Shown piece after piece: positions 37,622 through 48,810 of a stretch of DNA of 64,000 bases (positions are counted from its first letter, which is position 1; every line of letters starts with the position of its first letter). The notes under the pieces are model-generated. The model was given only the letters and a program-made list of their open reading frames with translations. It had not been told where the DNA came from and made no database searches. This DNA is from a bacterium (GTDB lineage: Bacteria; Electryoneota; JAOADG01): assembly GCA_963681965.1 (NCBI GenBank), contig OY820579.1, forward strand, positions 544,001 to 608,000. Reading direction: 5' to 3'. A program made the translations under genes and the position numbers.

Positions 37622-40567
37622 TTAATACTGTTTGTCGTCCAAAACGACACGCAGTTTTTCCGATAGACTTCGCATCGTAAACGGTTTCTGAATGAAGTAA
37701 ATAGTCTTATCGGACGTGGTTTGGTTCGGCAAGATCTCCGCCGAATATCCCGACATGAATAAGCATTTTATGGTTGGAAATTTTTCTTTGAGTGCCACCG
37801 TCATATCCCATCCGTTCATTTCGGGCATGACGACATCAGTAAGAACCAATTGGATTTCACCGGCGTACTCTTCCGCAAGTTTCAGCGCCTCAAGTGGCGA
37901 CAATGCTTTCAACAGAGTGTAACCTTGTCGTTCAAGCACCTTCGAGATCATTTTCAATACGGCAGTTTCATCTTCAACGAGTAAAATAATTTCGTTGCCA
38001 TAGATATCAAGAGTCTGTTCTTCGCTAACTGAAGCCGACCGCGTGGTTCCCTGAAATCGCGGCAAATAAATATTGAATGTCGTTCCCTGACCGATCTCAC
38101 TCTCAACCTCGATCATTCCGTTGTTCTGCCGGACAATACCATAGACCGTTGCCAATCCCAAACCAGTGCCCTTACCGGTCTCTTTGGTAGTAAAAAACGG
38201 TTCAAACAGTCGATCGATCGTTTCGCGATTCATTCCACAACCGGTATCGCGCACCACTAAGTGGATATATTCTCCAATTGGAAGACTCGAGTGCGCAGAG
38301 CCGGTTTCGGCAGTGACCGTCAAGTTGTGAGTTTCAATGGCGATTTTGCCGATATTCCCAATGGCATCGCGGGAATTGACACAGAGATTTGCCAGAATCT
38401 GATCAATCTGCGATGGATCCATTCGTACCGACCAAAGATTAGGGGCGGGCAGCCATTGCAAATCGATATCCTCACCAATCAATCGGCGCAGCATTTTGAG
38501 CATACCGTCGATCGTTTCGTTGAGATTGAGCACTTTTGGGATAACCGTCTGTTTGCGTGCAAAGGCTAGCAGTTGCCGGGTTAAATCGGCAGATCGCTGA
38601 GCACATTTCTGAATTTCTGCAAGATTCTCCAATACCGGTTTGTCATCGGCGGTATTTTGGATTGCCAGCTCCACATTCCCGAGAATTGCTTGAAGCATAT
38701 TATTGAAATCGTGTGCGACACCACCGGCGAGGCGTCCTACCGACTCCATTTTCTGCGCCTGTTGCAACTGAGCTTCCAGTTTCGCGCTTTCCTCTTCGGC
38801 ATGTTTCCGGTCGGAGATGTCGGTAATCGTACCGACGATTCGTAATGGTTTTCCTTCGGAATCGCGTTCAACAATTCGACCGCAATCGAGGATCCAAATC
38901 CAATCGCCGCTCTTCTTTCGCTTCCGATACTCCATCACAAACATCGGTGTTTCACCGCTCAAATGACGGTCCAGCCCTTCACGAACTTTCGCGACATCTT
39001 CCGGCATCATCGTTTGAGTCCATAACCGGTTGTTCGCGTCAACTTCGGCTTGCGAATAGCCCAATAATTTTAACCATCCCGGGCTGTAGTAATTCTGGTC
39101 GTTACTCAGATCCCAATCCCATAATCCGGTATTGGTGGCATCGAGCGCTAGCTGCATACGCTCTTCGTTCAATCGCAACGCTGCTTCGGCACGTTTCTTG
39201 GCAGTGATGTTTTTACCTTCACCCAGAACGGCAAACGGTTTACCTTGTTCGTCGCGGATCAGACTGAAAGTATTATCCGACCAATAGGTCGAGCCGTCTT
39301 TGCGGTAAAATTCCAATTCGATGGATCGGGAAAAATTGTAATTCGGATCCGCCATCGCTTTCTGCAGCTCTTCATGGTAGGCTTTGATCGCACGCTCGTA
39401 ACTCTCGGCAGTGATCTGCTTTTCCATGGGTAATTGCTGAATTTCTTCCAGTGTGTATCCGCGGACCCGCTCAATCGAGGGACTGATGTAAGTCGTGTAC
39501 CAATTCAAATCCATCAATGAGACGGTGTCGTTCATGTGATCGGCAAGAAACCGGTAGCGGGCTTCACTTGCTTTCAGTTCATTCTCGGTACGTTTCCAGT
39601 CGGTGATATCCATCGTGAATCCTGCCAGCAAGACGGGACTACCCGGACGGGAAATCGGAAATTTCGTGGTGATATACTGGCGACCGTTTAATTCTTCATA
39701 TAGTTCGATCGATTGTCTTTGAGCAATGATTTGTTTGTCGTCCTCGATCATCTTTTGGGCAAATTCGGTCGGGAACAGATCAAACATCGGTTTTCCCAGC
39801 AGGGTATTCAGTGGTCTACCGATCATGTTTTCGAAATTTCGACTAAGGAGCAGCGTTTTTAGATCCTGATCCTTGAAGAAGACATAAACGGGACAATGAT
39901 CCATGAAGAGTTGAAACAGATCTTCTTTTTCTTGTAGCGCCTGTTCACTTTTTTTAAGTGCGTTTGCAGTAATCTGTAAAGTATTAATGCGCTCTTCTTC
40001 GAGGAGTTTGAAATGTCGACGCAAAATCAGGATCAATACCCCTGCGATAACCACACATACTAGAATGGAATAGCCGGTGATAACTGAGCGCGAATCGTAG
40101 TGGGAAAATTGGAGTAAGAAAGTGCTCGAAATTGCTAACACGGCAATCACGATCGATGTGATTTGAGGCGAGAAGGCAATCGCAGTCACGATGATCGGGA
40201 TAATCGCGGTGGCTAATACCCCGATTTCCGCATTGGGGTCGGGCATAAATGGTGCAACGATCGGAACGAGTAAACACGTGACGATGTAAATCCACAATCC
40301 GGTAAGGTAGTTGCCAGTTCGCAAGAACCCGTATGCGAGCGCGACAAAAAGTAATCCAAAGCAGACAATCAAGAAATCCAGATCACCCAAAATCGACCGA
40401 TGTTCATACGTTACCCAAAGCACATCCAGTATTATCGCTGCGAGCGTCGCGAAACCAATATGCGCGAGCATCAAGGACTGAAATAGTCGAGCAGTCCGGT
40501 GTTGAACCTGATCGGTAATTCTGTGGTGTGGTCGGGTGGCGGTATCCCAAAATGCCGTTAAGTGCAT
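37622..40567 (-). CDS. Membrane-bound PAS hybrid histidine kinase with receiver domain
   Basis: About six TMs and three PAS domains. GRLAGGVAHDFNN H-box, NSRDA, DTGCGM, FEPFFTTK and GTGLGL, then a C-terminal REC (LTDVVMP). Confidence 0.95.
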   Translation of the reverse strand: MHLTAFWDTATRPHHRITDQVQHRTARLFQSLMLAHIGFATLAAIILDVLWVTYEHRSILGDLDFLIVCFGLLFVALAYGFLRTGNYLTGLWIYIVTCLLVPIVAPFMPDPNAEIGVLATAIIPIIVTAIAFSPQITSIVIAVLAISSTFLLQFSHYDSRSVITGYSILVCVVIAGVLILILRRHFKLLEEERINTLQITANALKKSEQALQEKEDLFQLFMDHCPVYVFFKDQDLKTLLLSRNFENMIGRPLNTLLGKPMFDLFPTEFAQKMIEDDKQIIAQRQSIELYEELNGRQYITTKFPISRPGSPVLLAGFTMDITDWKRTENELKASEARYRFLADHMNDTVSLMDLNWYTTYISPSIERVRGYTLEEIQQLPMEKQITAESYERAIKAYHEELQKAMADPNYNFSRSIELEFYRKDGSTYWSDNTFSLIRDEQGKPFAVLGEGKNITAKKRAEAALRLNEERMQLALDATNTGLWDWDLSNDQNYYSPGWLKLLGYSQAEVDANNRLWTQTMMPEDVAKVREGLDRHLSGETPMFVMEYRKRKKSGDWIWILDCGRIVERDSEGKPLRIVGTITDISDRKHAEEESAKLEAQLQQAQKMESVGRLAGGVAHDFNNMLQAILGNVELAIQNTADDKPVLENLAEIQKCAQRSADLTRQLLAFARKQTVIPKVLNLNETIDGMLKMLRRLIGEDIDLQWLPAPNLWSVRMDPSQIDQILANLCVNSRDAIGNIGKIAIETHNLTVTAETGSAHSSLPIGEYIHLVVRDTGCGMNRETIDRLFEPFFTTKETGKGTGLGLATVYGIVRQNNGMIEVESEIGQGTTFNIYLPRFQGTTRSASVSEEQTLDIYGNEIILLVEDETAVLKMISKVLERQGYTLLKALSPLEALKLAEEYAGEIQLVLTDVVMPEMNGWDMTVALKEKFPTIKCLFMSGYSAEILPNQTTSDKTIYFIQKPFTMRSLSEKLRVVLDDKQY

Positions 40568-40870
40568 AACAGAAATAGTTTCCTTTGGGTCGCTGAATGG
40601 GATTCAATCATCGATACGAGAGGGTTACGCTTGCGCGAGGAAATGCCATCCCGATCAATTTAAGTTTTTTAAAGATACGGAAATTCTTCGCTTCTGACGA
40701 AAAAAAAATGAAATTAGTTAATTTTGTCTCGGAATTAGCGAGATACTTCCAAATTACCACTTATTTATAATCGTCACTCAAATAGAACAACGGTCACAAT
40801 TCGATTATCTGTAGGCTACTCAAGATGTTCTAAATAAAATTGCCGGATTTGAAGTTTTATGTGTATATTT

Positions 40871-40886
40871 GTATATGCGCATATAC
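40871..40886. promoter_or_regulatory. Probable ArsR operator
   Basis: Perfect 16-bp palindrome GTATATGCGCATATAC, about 60 bp upstream of arsR. Confidence 0.6.
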
Positions 40887-40945
40887 TAACATAGAAACTC
40901 TAGATGGATTGCAATTCGGTTTGTTTTGGAGTGGGAAGACAGAAA

Positions 40946-41314
40946 ATGGACAATCTCGCGCAGTTATTTGGATTATTATCGGATCCGGTGCGGTTGAAGT
41001 TGTTGGGGTTACTCGCCGGTGGCGAGCGGTGTGTCTGTCAGTTGCACGAACCGCTCGGATTGCAGCAGAGTACCGCCAGCCGGCACTTAATGCTGTTGCG
41101 TACCGCCGGGGTTGTCACATCGCGTCGCGTCGGAACGTGGATGCATTACCGCATTGCACCGGAATTGTGGAAAGCGGAATGGAAAACTATTCTTCCCCAA
41201 GCTATCGAAACGGCAGCAAAACAGCTCCAAATGGTGACCCCGAAAATTATCTGTAGCGCTCCCAAAGCAATGAAACCAAGTAAAGAATCAAAATCGATAT
41301 TACCGGCATCATGA
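40946..41314 (+). CDS. arsR: ArsR/SmtB family regulator
   Basis: LSDPVRL.LL, ERCVCQL (CVC metal site), SRHL..LR.AG and G.WMHY motifs. Confidence 0.9.
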   Translation: MDNLAQLFGLLSDPVRLKLLGLLAGGERCVCQLHEPLGLQQSTASRHLMLLRTAGVVTSRRVGTWMHYRIAPELWKAEWKTILPQAIETAAKQLQMVTPKIICSAPKAMKPSKESKSILPAS

Positions 41315-42354
41315 ACAACCTCTTTCACCGTCCTCAAAACTTACGATCCACGATCCTCACTGGTATCGTGACACTCGTTCTCTGGTGGTTGGTTTATTCA
41401 CAACTAAAACCGTTTGCCGACTGGTTTGCCTATTCACTGTGCGGACTATCGGAGCATGAGCAACTCGGCTCTGCAATTGCCTTCTTTCTGTTTGAAGCAC
41501 CGAAAGTGCTGATGCTGCTCACGCTGATCGTGTTCTTCGTTGGAATTGTCCGCTCGTTTTTTACACCGGACCGCACTCGCCGAATACTGATCGGTAAGCG
41601 CGAAACTGCGGGAAATCTATTCGCTTCGCTCTTGGGCGTTGTCACACCATTCTGTTCCTGTTCGGCGGTGCCGCTCTTCATCGGTTTTGTCACGACCGGG
41701 GTACCACTCGGGGTGACATTTTCCTTTCTGATTTCGGCGCCGATGGTGAATGAGGTGGCACTGGTGCTGCTGTTCGGTCTGTTCGGCTGGAAAGTCGCCG
41801 GTCTCTATCTGGCAACCGGTCTGCTGATCGCCTTTTTCTCTGGTTGGATTATTGGAAAATTGAAATTGGAACGATGGGTCGAGAGCTGGGTGTATGAACT
41901 CCCATCCACTACCGAAGGGAGTCTGGAGGAGCAGATCGATTGGTCGGAGCGTATCGAAAAAGGGATCGATGCGGTAAAAGATATTGTCGGGAAAGTATGG
42001 TTGTATGTGTTGCTCGGAATCGCGGTCGGTGCTGGAATTCACGGCTATGTCCCGGAAAATTTCATGGCATCGATCATGGGAAAAGAGGCGTGGTGGTCGG
42101 TACCGGTAGCCGTATTGATCGGGATTCCGATGTACTCGAATGCGGCTGGCATTATCCCAGTGGTAGAAGCGCTGCTCGGAAAAGGTGCTGCGCTCGGAAC
42201 CGTACTCGCATTCATGATGGCGGTGATCGGCTTGTCGCTGCCGGAAACGATTATTCTCCGTAAAGTTTTACGCATCCCGCTGATTGCGACGTTTATCGCA
42301 GTGGTTGGATGTGGAATTTTGATCGTGGGTTATCTGTTCAATCTCATTCTTTAA
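41311..42354 (+). CDS. ArsP/DUF318 family permease
   Basis: TPFCSCSAVPLF, FLISAPMVNE, GIPMYSNAAG and GLSLPE motifs. Confidence 0.9.
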   Translation: MNNLFHRPQNLRSTILTGIVTLVLWWLVYSQLKPFADWFAYSLCGLSEHEQLGSAIAFFLFEAPKVLMLLTLIVFFVGIVRSFFTPDRTRRILIGKRETAGNLFASLLGVVTPFCSCSAVPLFIGFVTTGVPLGVTFSFLISAPMVNEVALVLLFGLFGWKVAGLYLATGLLIAFFSGWIIGKLKLERWVESWVYELPSTTEGSLEEQIDWSERIEKGIDAVKDIVGKVWLYVLLGIAVGAGIHGYVPENFMASIMGKEAWWSVPVAVLIGIPMYSNAAGIIPVVEALLGKGAALGTVLAFMMAVIGLSLPETIILRKVLRIPLIATFIAVVGCGILIVGYLFNLIL

Positions 42355-42371
42355 ATCATTCGGGAGTTACC

Positions 42372-42608
42372 ATGAAAAAGATCGAAGTACTCGGCAGCGG
42401 TTGTGCGAAATGCAAACAGCTTGAAATGAAAGTACGCGAATTATCCGCCGACAACGATATCGAGGCGAATATCGTGAAAGTGTCCGACATCAAAGAAATC
42501 ATGAAGTATGGTATTCTATCCACGCCCGGACTGGTGGTCGATGGTGAAGTGAAGTGGTCGGGTAGTATTCCGAAGGACGAGCAGATCCTAGCCTGGTTGA
42601 AAGGATAA
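42372..42608 (+). CDS. Small thioredoxin-like redox protein (MTH895/TM0996 family)
   Basis: IEVLGSGCAKC...YGILSTPGLVVDG; GGGAG RBS. Confidence 0.9.
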   Translation: MKKIEVLGSGCAKCKQLEMKVRELSADNDIEANIVKVSDIKEIMKYGILSTPGLVVDGEVKWSGSIPKDEQILAWLKG

Positions 42609-42614
42609 TCTATC

Positions 42615-43037
42615 ATGAAACGAATCATTCTCTTGACACTCGTTTTGGTGATTGTTAATCTCTGTTTCGCGACGGAAACCGTTCCATCGAAAACAGCAGT
42701 TACACCCGATACGAGCGCAATCAAAAAAAATGAACCATTGGTAACATTCGTCGAACTCGGATCGGTGAATTGCGTACCGTGCAAACAGATGCAACCGGTA
42801 ATGAAAGCGATCGAAGAGAAGTACGGCGATCAGGTGAAGGTGGTTTTCCACGACGTCTGGAAGGAAGATCAAAAGAAATTCGCGAAAGAATTCAAAATCC
42901 GGATTATTCCAACACAAGTGTTTCTCGATGCCGCCGGTAAAGAATTTTTCCGACACGAAGGTTTTTATGCCGAAAAGGAAATCGATAAGTTGGTACAGGA
43001 AAAGGGTGCGAAACCTAAATCAGAAACTAAGGAATAG
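42615..43037 (+). CDS. Exported thioredoxin-family protein
   Basis: Signal peptide, CVPC motif, IPTQVF and RHEGF. Confidence 0.9.
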   Translation: MKRIILLTLVLVIVNLCFATETVPSKTAVTPDTSAIKKNEPLVTFVELGSVNCVPCKQMQPVMKAIEEKYGDQVKVVFHDVWKEDQKKFAKEFKIRIIPTQVFLDAAGKEFFRHEGFYAEKEIDKLVQEKGAKPKSETKE

Positions 43038-43040
43038 CGC

Positions 43041-43739
43041 GTGAATACGCTGTTTACTACTTTATCGGAGGCGATGTTCGCCAATATCGGAATCGCGATC
43101 GCGGCTTCCTTTGCATGGGGTATCCTGAGTATTCTGCTCAGTCCATGCCATTTGTCGAGTATACCGCTGATCGTTGGATTCTTAGCCAGCCAGAACAACT
43201 CATCTACGAAACGCAATCTCGGATTATCGCTGGTATTTGCCGCTGGTATTCTCCTGACAATCGCCTTGGTTGGATTGATTACTGCCATGATGGGGCGGAT
43301 GCTGGGCGATGTTGGACCTTATGGCAAGTATCTCGTCGCAGTGGTTTTCTTTGGGGTCGGATTGCACTTAATGGACATCTTGCACCTGCCCGATTTCAAA
43401 TTTGGATTGAAACCACTCGCGACTTCATCCGCTTACTTGCGTGCATTAGGACTCGGCATCGTGTTCGGTTTTGCACTGGGACCATGCACTTTCGCATTCA
43501 TGGCACCGGTGCTCGGTGTCGTATTCAATCTTGCCAGCAGCAATCCGCTGGGCGCTGGAATTTTGTTGTTCGCTTTCGCGCTGGGACACTGCGTCGTGAT
43601 TGTCGTGGTGGGAATGTTAACCACGAGGATTCAGGTATATCTCGATTGGACGAATCGCTCGAACACGATTATCTGGATCAAGCGGATCGCAGGTGTGCTG
43701 GTGATTCTGGGCGGGATCTATCTGGTAATGAACGCGTAA
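43041..43739 (+). CDS. ccdA: CcdA/DsbD-family membrane disulfide reductase
   Basis: LSPCHL and GPCT cysteine pair; six TMs. Confidence 0.85.
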   Translation: MNTLFTTLSEAMFANIGIAIAASFAWGILSILLSPCHLSSIPLIVGFLASQNNSSTKRNLGLSLVFAAGILLTIALVGLITAMMGRMLGDVGPYGKYLVAVVFFGVGLHLMDILHLPDFKFGLKPLATSSAYLRALGLGIVFGFALGPCTFAFMAPVLGVVFNLASSNPLGAGILLFAFALGHCVVIVVVGMLTTRIQVYLDWTNRSNTIIWIKRIAGVLVILGGIYLVMNA

Positions 43740-43847
43740 ATATTTCTATGCATTAGATCATATTCGCTATTCACTTTTCGACTGAATACTATTGATTGGA
43801 GCAATTGAATTTTCATTCTTCGCTACCGAACGTAAGGAGAAATTCCA

Positions 43848-44462
43848 ATGCGACTTGAAGTAATTATCTTGCTTTGGCTGCTCTATTGTGTTATTCACAG
43901 CGGTTTGATTTCAATAACGGTATCACGAAAACTGCAACATTGGATGGGTACCCATTACCGCTTTTACCGGCTCTACTACAACCTCTTTTCCCTACTCACA
44001 TTGATCGGTTTGATCTACTTCACCAATGAACCGCGACGCGAGTTGATACTTGTTTGGTCGGGGTATTATCATCTAATCCAAATTGCATTGACTGCGATTG
44101 CAGTAGTTATCCTAGTGTTGGGAGGACGCAGTTACAATTTAAAATACATGCTCGGGATCGAGCAGATTCGAAATTATCAACCGGAGAAACTTCAATCCGA
44201 CAGCCCGATTGTCGCGACCGGAATTCTTGGATTTGTCCGCCATCCCTGGTACTTGGGAGTGCTAATTTTACTCTGGATGAGCAATCAGGATATCACCTCG
44301 ATGATTGTAAATGGGATCTTGAGTCTTTATCTGGTGGTTGGCTCCATTCTCGAAGAGCGGAAGTTGGTAGCAGAATTCGGTTCCGCATATCGGGAGTACC
44401 AATCTCACGTATCGATGCTTTTTCCTTGGAAATGGTTGAAAGCGGCAATACACAATGGGTAG
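43848..44462 (+). CDS. NnrU / isoprenylcysteine carboxyl methyltransferase-like membrane protein
   Basis: HS, YRL.YN, VRHP.Y and EERKL..EFG..Y..Y motifs. Confidence 0.8.
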   Translation: MRLEVIILLWLLYCVIHSGLISITVSRKLQHWMGTHYRFYRLYYNLFSLLTLIGLIYFTNEPRRELILVWSGYYHLIQIALTAIAVVILVLGGRSYNLKYMLGIEQIRNYQPEKLQSDSPIVATGILGFVRHPWYLGVLILLWMSNQDITSMIVNGILSLYLVVGSILEERKLVAEFGSAYREYQSHVSMLFPWKWLKAAIHNG

Positions 44463-44516
44463 ACGAGTGAACTCCAACATTCGAATGAAGACAACAAATA
44501 TCAATCGGGAGCAGCC

Positions 44517-45569
44517 ATGACCAAACCGCAGCGCTTGTCGTTTCTCGACCGCTTTCTGACACTCTGGATCTTTCTGGCGATGGCGGTCGGAATCGGTATC
44601 GGTGTGCTGGTTCCTGCATTTACCGAAGCGATCACCTCGCTGTCGGTCGGTACGACGTCGATTCCGATTGCAATCGGACTCATCCTAATGATGTATCCGC
44701 CACTCGCGAAAGTACGATACGAGGAACTCGGCGAAGTATTCCGCAACTGGCGCGTGCTGCTGCTATCGCTTGTACAAAATTGGATTGTCGGACCAATCTT
44801 GATGTTTGGACTTGCGATTCTATTTCTGCGCGATTATCCCGAATACATGACTGGACTCATTTTGATCGGTCTCGCGCGGTGTATTGCGATGGTGATTGTC
44901 TGGAACGATCTCGCCAAAGGAAATCCGGAATATGCCGCCGGACTCGTGGCGTTCAATTCGATTTTTCAGGTGCTGTTCTATTCAGTGTATGCGTACTACT
45001 TTATCACCGTGTTGCCGCAGACCTTCGGGATGACGGGTTACGAAGTTCATATCACCATCGGACAGATTGCCGAAAGCGTATTCATCTATCTCGGAATTCC
45101 ATTTATTGCCGGATTCTTGACGCGATTTATTTTGATTCGCATCAAGAGCAAAGAGTGGTATCACCGGGTATTTATTCCGAAAATCAGTCCGATTACGCTG
45201 ATCGCGCTGCTGTTCACGATCATCGTGATGTTTTCGCTGAAAGGGGATCGCATACTTGCACTTCCGTTCGATGTCGTCCGAATCGCAATTCCGCTGATTA
45301 TCTATTTTGTAGTGATGTTCTTTGTCTCATTTGCGATGAGCAAGAAAGCCGGTGCCGACTATTCGAAGAGTTGCACGCTTTCGTTTACGGCGGCGTCGAA
45401 TAATTTCGAATTGGCGATTGCAGTGGCGGTGGGGGTATTCGGAATTCATTCCGGAGCCGCGTTTGCCGCGGTGATTGGACCATTGGTGGAAGTGCCGGTG
45501 TTGATTTTGCTGGTGAATGCCGCGCTCTGGATTCAGCGGAAATATTTTGCAGAAGGAAAAACGGCATGA
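44517..45569 (+). CDS. acr3: Acr3 arsenite efflux permease
   Basis: [44 protein letters not shown] and GPLVEVPV motifs. Confidence 0.96.
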   Translation: MTKPQRLSFLDRFLTLWIFLAMAVGIGIGVLVPAFTEAITSLSVGTTSIPIAIGLILMMYPPLAKVRYEELGEVFRNWRVLLLSLVQNWIVGPILMFGLAILFLRDYPEYMTGLILIGLARCIAMVIVWNDLAKGNPEYAAGLVAFNSIFQVLFYSVYAYYFITVLPQTFGMTGYEVHITIGQIAESVFIYLGIPFIAGFLTRFILIRIKSKEWYHRVFIPKISPITLIALLFTIIVMFSLKGDRILALPFDVVRIAIPLIIYFVVMFFVSFAMSKKAGADYSKSCTLSFTAASNNFELAIAVAVGVFGIHSGAAFAAVIGPLVEVPVLILLVNAALWIQRKYFAEGKTA

Positions 45570-45985
45570 TCCGAAAAGTACTCGTACTCTGTACCGGAAA
45601 TTCCTGTCGCAGTATCATGGCAGAAGCGCTGATCAATCATGTTCTCGGCGACCGTTGGCAAGCCTTCTCCGCCGGCGTGGAACCGTCGCGGGTCAATCCA
45701 CGCGCAATTCAAGTGATGGCGGAAATCGGCATCGATATCAGCGGTGCGCATTCGAAATCGGTGGATGAATTCCTCGATCGCGACGATCTCGATCTGGTGA
45801 TTACGGTGTGCGATCATGCGAAGGAGTCGTGTCCGTTGTTCCCGAAACCGGTGCGACGCATTCATATCAGTTTTCCCGATCCCGCGCCGTTCACCGATGA
45901 GCCGGATGACGTGGCGCTGCAGGAGTTCAGGAAGGTGAGGGAGGAAATTCGAGACAAATTGCTTGAGCTACTAAGCAAGATGTGA
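45566..45985 (+). CDS. arsC: Thioredoxin-dependent arsenate reductase (LMW-PTP fold)
   Basis: [20 protein letters not shown] and DP motifs. Confidence 0.93.
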   Translation: MIRKVLVLCTGNSCRSIMAEALINHVLGDRWQAFSAGVEPSRVNPRAIQVMAEIGIDISGAHSKSVDEFLDRDDLDLVITVCDHAKESCPLFPKPVRRIHISFPDPAPFTDEPDDVALQEFRKVREEIRDKLLELLSKM

Positions 45986-46011
45986 TTATTCGGAGTACCT
46001 TTGAATAACAA

Positions 46012-46037
46012 CCGGCGGAGCTTTCACTCCGCCGGCT
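46012..46037. terminator. Hairpin between convergent genes
   Basis: CCGGCGGAG/CTCCGCCGG stem. Confidence 0.6.
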
Positions 46038-46057
46038 TCTATTCATGAAGAGATTAC

Positions 46058-48097
46058 CTATTCCTGCGGTAACGGTGGAACGGTCGCCGCGTAGGGGCTC
46101 TCGGCGAGTGGTGCCGGAGGCAGTGCCGCAGATGGTTCCGGCGGTAAAACATCTTTCGGAGACAGTGTCGGTGCGAATTTCTTGATCAACGTCGCCGCCA
46201 ATCCTTCGAGTGCACCACCACCTCCACCGCCCATCACGAGCACTTCGGGAACAAACCGCTGGTTCCCCTTCCCTTCGGCAAGCGCCGTCACAATGTTCAC
46301 GCCGGCAGTTGCTTCCTTGCCCAATGCTTCGACCTGCGCCTTGTACGCTTTCGCCTTGGCAAGACCGACCGCTTCAACTTCCGCCGATTTCGCGGCACCG
46401 GTTTCGCGGATGTAGGTCGCTTCACCATCGGCACGCGCCTTGTTGGCGTTGGCGTTGTTCCGCTCGATGTCGACATTGACACTCGATTGCGCCAGCTTCG
46501 ATTGCATATCCGCCGTACCCTTGGCATGTTCGGTCTGGATACGTTGATCCTGCGCTTCACGCTGCTTCTTGAAGGTTTCGACTTCCTGCGAGGCAATTTC
46601 GCGCTGCGTCAACACGGTTACCAGTGCTTCCGGCAACACCACATCCTGAATATAGACACCCTTCGCCTCGACATCGTATTGACTGAGCTGGTTGCGAATG
46701 TGCTCGAATGCCTCTTCCTGCACTTGTTGACGCGTCTGGATGAATTTTACCGCCGGCATACTCTGCAACTTGTCGCGGAAGTGATTGCCGACCGCAGCCT
46801 GCAACACTTCGTTCACCAGATTTTGCATCGTTCCGACCATCGAAATCACGCGCGGTGCACGCGTATCGGGCACATGAATCTGCACTTGCAGGTCGATTTT
46901 AAAGACAAACCCTTCGCAGCTTTTCGCCGTGATCTGACTGAGTTGCCGGTCGAGATTGTGCGCCTGCGACACTTCATTCGCCCAGTTCAGCGTCAGGATT
47001 GCGGTCGGCACCAATTCCGATTGATAACAGCGCGGATTGATCGGGTACTTGCCGGTACGCAACGGTTCCCGCCAGATACCACGATGCCCCGGCACGACTA
47101 ATGAGCCGTATTTAAATTGATCGCCGGACGTATCCTGCGTGACCAATCCGACATACGATTTGATAACCGCTACTTCGCCCTGTTTGACGACCAGCATCGG
47201 TACCATTTCTACCGCGACGAGGAATGGATTCAGCGTAAATTCACCATACATCAAGGTATCGTGCTGCAAACCGATCCGACCGCCGTGATCGAGGAATGCT
47301 TGGAAATCCTGATAGTTGTTGTGCAATTTATTCTTGTGTCCGAGCAACACTTCGATGATTTCGGCATCGTTTTGACCGGATTTCTCCATCACGCCGATAT
47401 CCTCGAATCCGCCCAAACGGCTGGAGATATCGCCCGATGGCAACGGTTCCCCTTCAAAAGTGGTAACGATACCAACCATATCGATGATCTGACCGCCCTG
47501 CGTTTGCTGCGGTTGAATCTTGACCAGATCGAGTTGCTCGGCATTCAGTCCGAACGATTGCGGCAGCAATCGCCCATCGCGATTCTGGCGCTTTTTGAGA
47601 TCGGGCGAGACCGGTAGACCATACACCTGATTCTTGGTGATCACGAGAAATGCAACCGGATGAATTGGCGCCAATGTTCCCGGAGGCAGTACCGGACGTT
47701 GCACACCCTTTTCGCCATTCAATTCGATGAACGACTTCAGGTTGGTATAACTACTGAAGCGCGGATCGTAGCGCGCCGATTTGGCACCGATCGGAAGCGG
47801 TTTACCGATTTGCGCGATAATGACACCGATTTCACCGGCGGGAACCTGCACCCACGGGAATTTATCGACGCGGTACAGAATCCAGAATTTGAATCGCCAG
47901 CCCGGCATCAATAAATTCGCCTGATAACCAGCTTCGCCATTGAATGCAATCGGGTTGTCTTCCGATAGTTTCTTTCCGGAGAAACGCTTGGTGATAAGTC
48001 CTACCTCGGTCGGTCCGATACTCCGGAGCGACGGGAAGAACAAAATCGCGAATAGAACAACTCCCCAAAAAATCGTAAAACCAATGAGGCCTAACAT
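46058..48097 (-). CDS. SPFH/band-7 (flotillin-like) protein with duplicated N-terminal module
   Basis: N-terminal TM, repeated F...G.KG.Q...L.PG modules, SPFH domain, Ala/Glu coiled coil and Pro-rich tail. Confidence 0.88.
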   Translation of the reverse strand: MLGLIGFTIFWGVVLFAILFFPSLRSIGPTEVGLITKRFSGKKLSEDNPIAFNGEAGYQANLLMPGWRFKFWILYRVDKFPWVQVPAGEIGVIIAQIGKPLPIGAKSARYDPRFSSYTNLKSFIELNGEKGVQRPVLPPGTLAPIHPVAFLVITKNQVYGLPVSPDLKKRQNRDGRLLPQSFGLNAEQLDLVKIQPQQTQGGQIIDMVGIVTTFEGEPLPSGDISSRLGGFEDIGVMEKSGQNDAEIIEVLLGHKNKLHNNYQDFQAFLDHGGRIGLQHDTLMYGEFTLNPFLVAVEMVPMLVVKQGEVAVIKSYVGLVTQDTSGDQFKYGSLVVPGHRGIWREPLRTGKYPINPRCYQSELVPTAILTLNWANEVSQAHNLDRQLSQITAKSCEGFVFKIDLQVQIHVPDTRAPRVISMVGTMQNLVNEVLQAAVGNHFRDKLQSMPAVKFIQTRQQVQEEAFEHIRNQLSQYDVEAKGVYIQDVVLPEALVTVLTQREIASQEVETFKKQREAQDQRIQTEHAKGTADMQSKLAQSSVNVDIERNNANANKARADGEATYIRETGAAKSAEVEAVGLAKAKAYKAQVEALGKEATAGVNIVTALAEGKGNQRFVPEVLVMGGGGGGALEGLAATLIKKFAPTLSPKDVLPPEPSAALPPAPLAESPYAATVPPLPQE

Positions 48098-48368
48098 TTA
48101 CTTACTCCTTTCGAAGCAGTCGCCGAAAAACGGCAAGCGGCAGCTTGAGATGTGATGCTTTTGTGTGATGAAAGATGAAAAATGGATTTCTAGATCTTTT
48201 TGGTTTATCCTATAAGGTAACTCGTAATATTAGTGGTGAAGAACTAGTTGCAAGTTGCAGCTCGAAATTTTTCGTAATTGCTTACTCGTAATTAGTAGCA
48301 ACCACACAGATACTAACAATCTAACTATAATATTATCAATTACATATGTTTACTTGTGGAGTAAGATA

Positions 48369-48800
48369 ATGCTGGGGAAAGCGATTCAATTATCCGTCTC
48401 GGAGATTCGCGTGAACCAACCTGATCGAGGTTGGTTATTACAATTGATGCCGATCATACAACCGTATCTCGACGATATTAACGATATTCATATTGTCACT
48501 TTGGAGCCGGGCATCGTTCGTGGAAATCATTATCACCGTCAAGGAACGGAAGTACTGATTCCTTTAAGCGATCAGATGACGATTGCGTGGCAGGAAGGTG
48601 ATACGAAAACAGAAGTCGCATCGAAAGACGGCAACACAATTTTCATTTTTCCACCGGAAGTACCGCATGCGATCCGCAATGATTCGCCAATTACAGCAAG
48701 GTTGATTGCAATCGGTAATCGGGCATTCGATCCGGATTATCCCGATCGTTTTGCATTTCCACTGCTAACGGAAATGCGACCAGCGAATAAAAAGGTTTAA
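48369..48800 (+). CDS. Cupin (WxcM/FdtA-like) protein
   Basis: DRG, RGNHYH...E and PHAIRN motifs; GGAG RBS. Confidence 0.8.
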   Translation: MLGKAIQLSVSEIRVNQPDRGWLLQLMPIIQPYLDDINDIHIVTLEPGIVRGNHYHRQGTEVLIPLSDQMTIAWQEGDTKTEVASKDGNTIFIFPPEVPHAIRNDSPITARLIAIGNRAFDPDYPDRFAFPLLTEMRPANKKV

Positions 48801-48810
48801 TCAGAATGGA

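Noticed and set aside
40946-45985. Arsenic operon with thioredoxins and CcdA as a novel system or mobile island
   Set aside because: This is a common arrangement, and no mobility genes or boundaries are visible.
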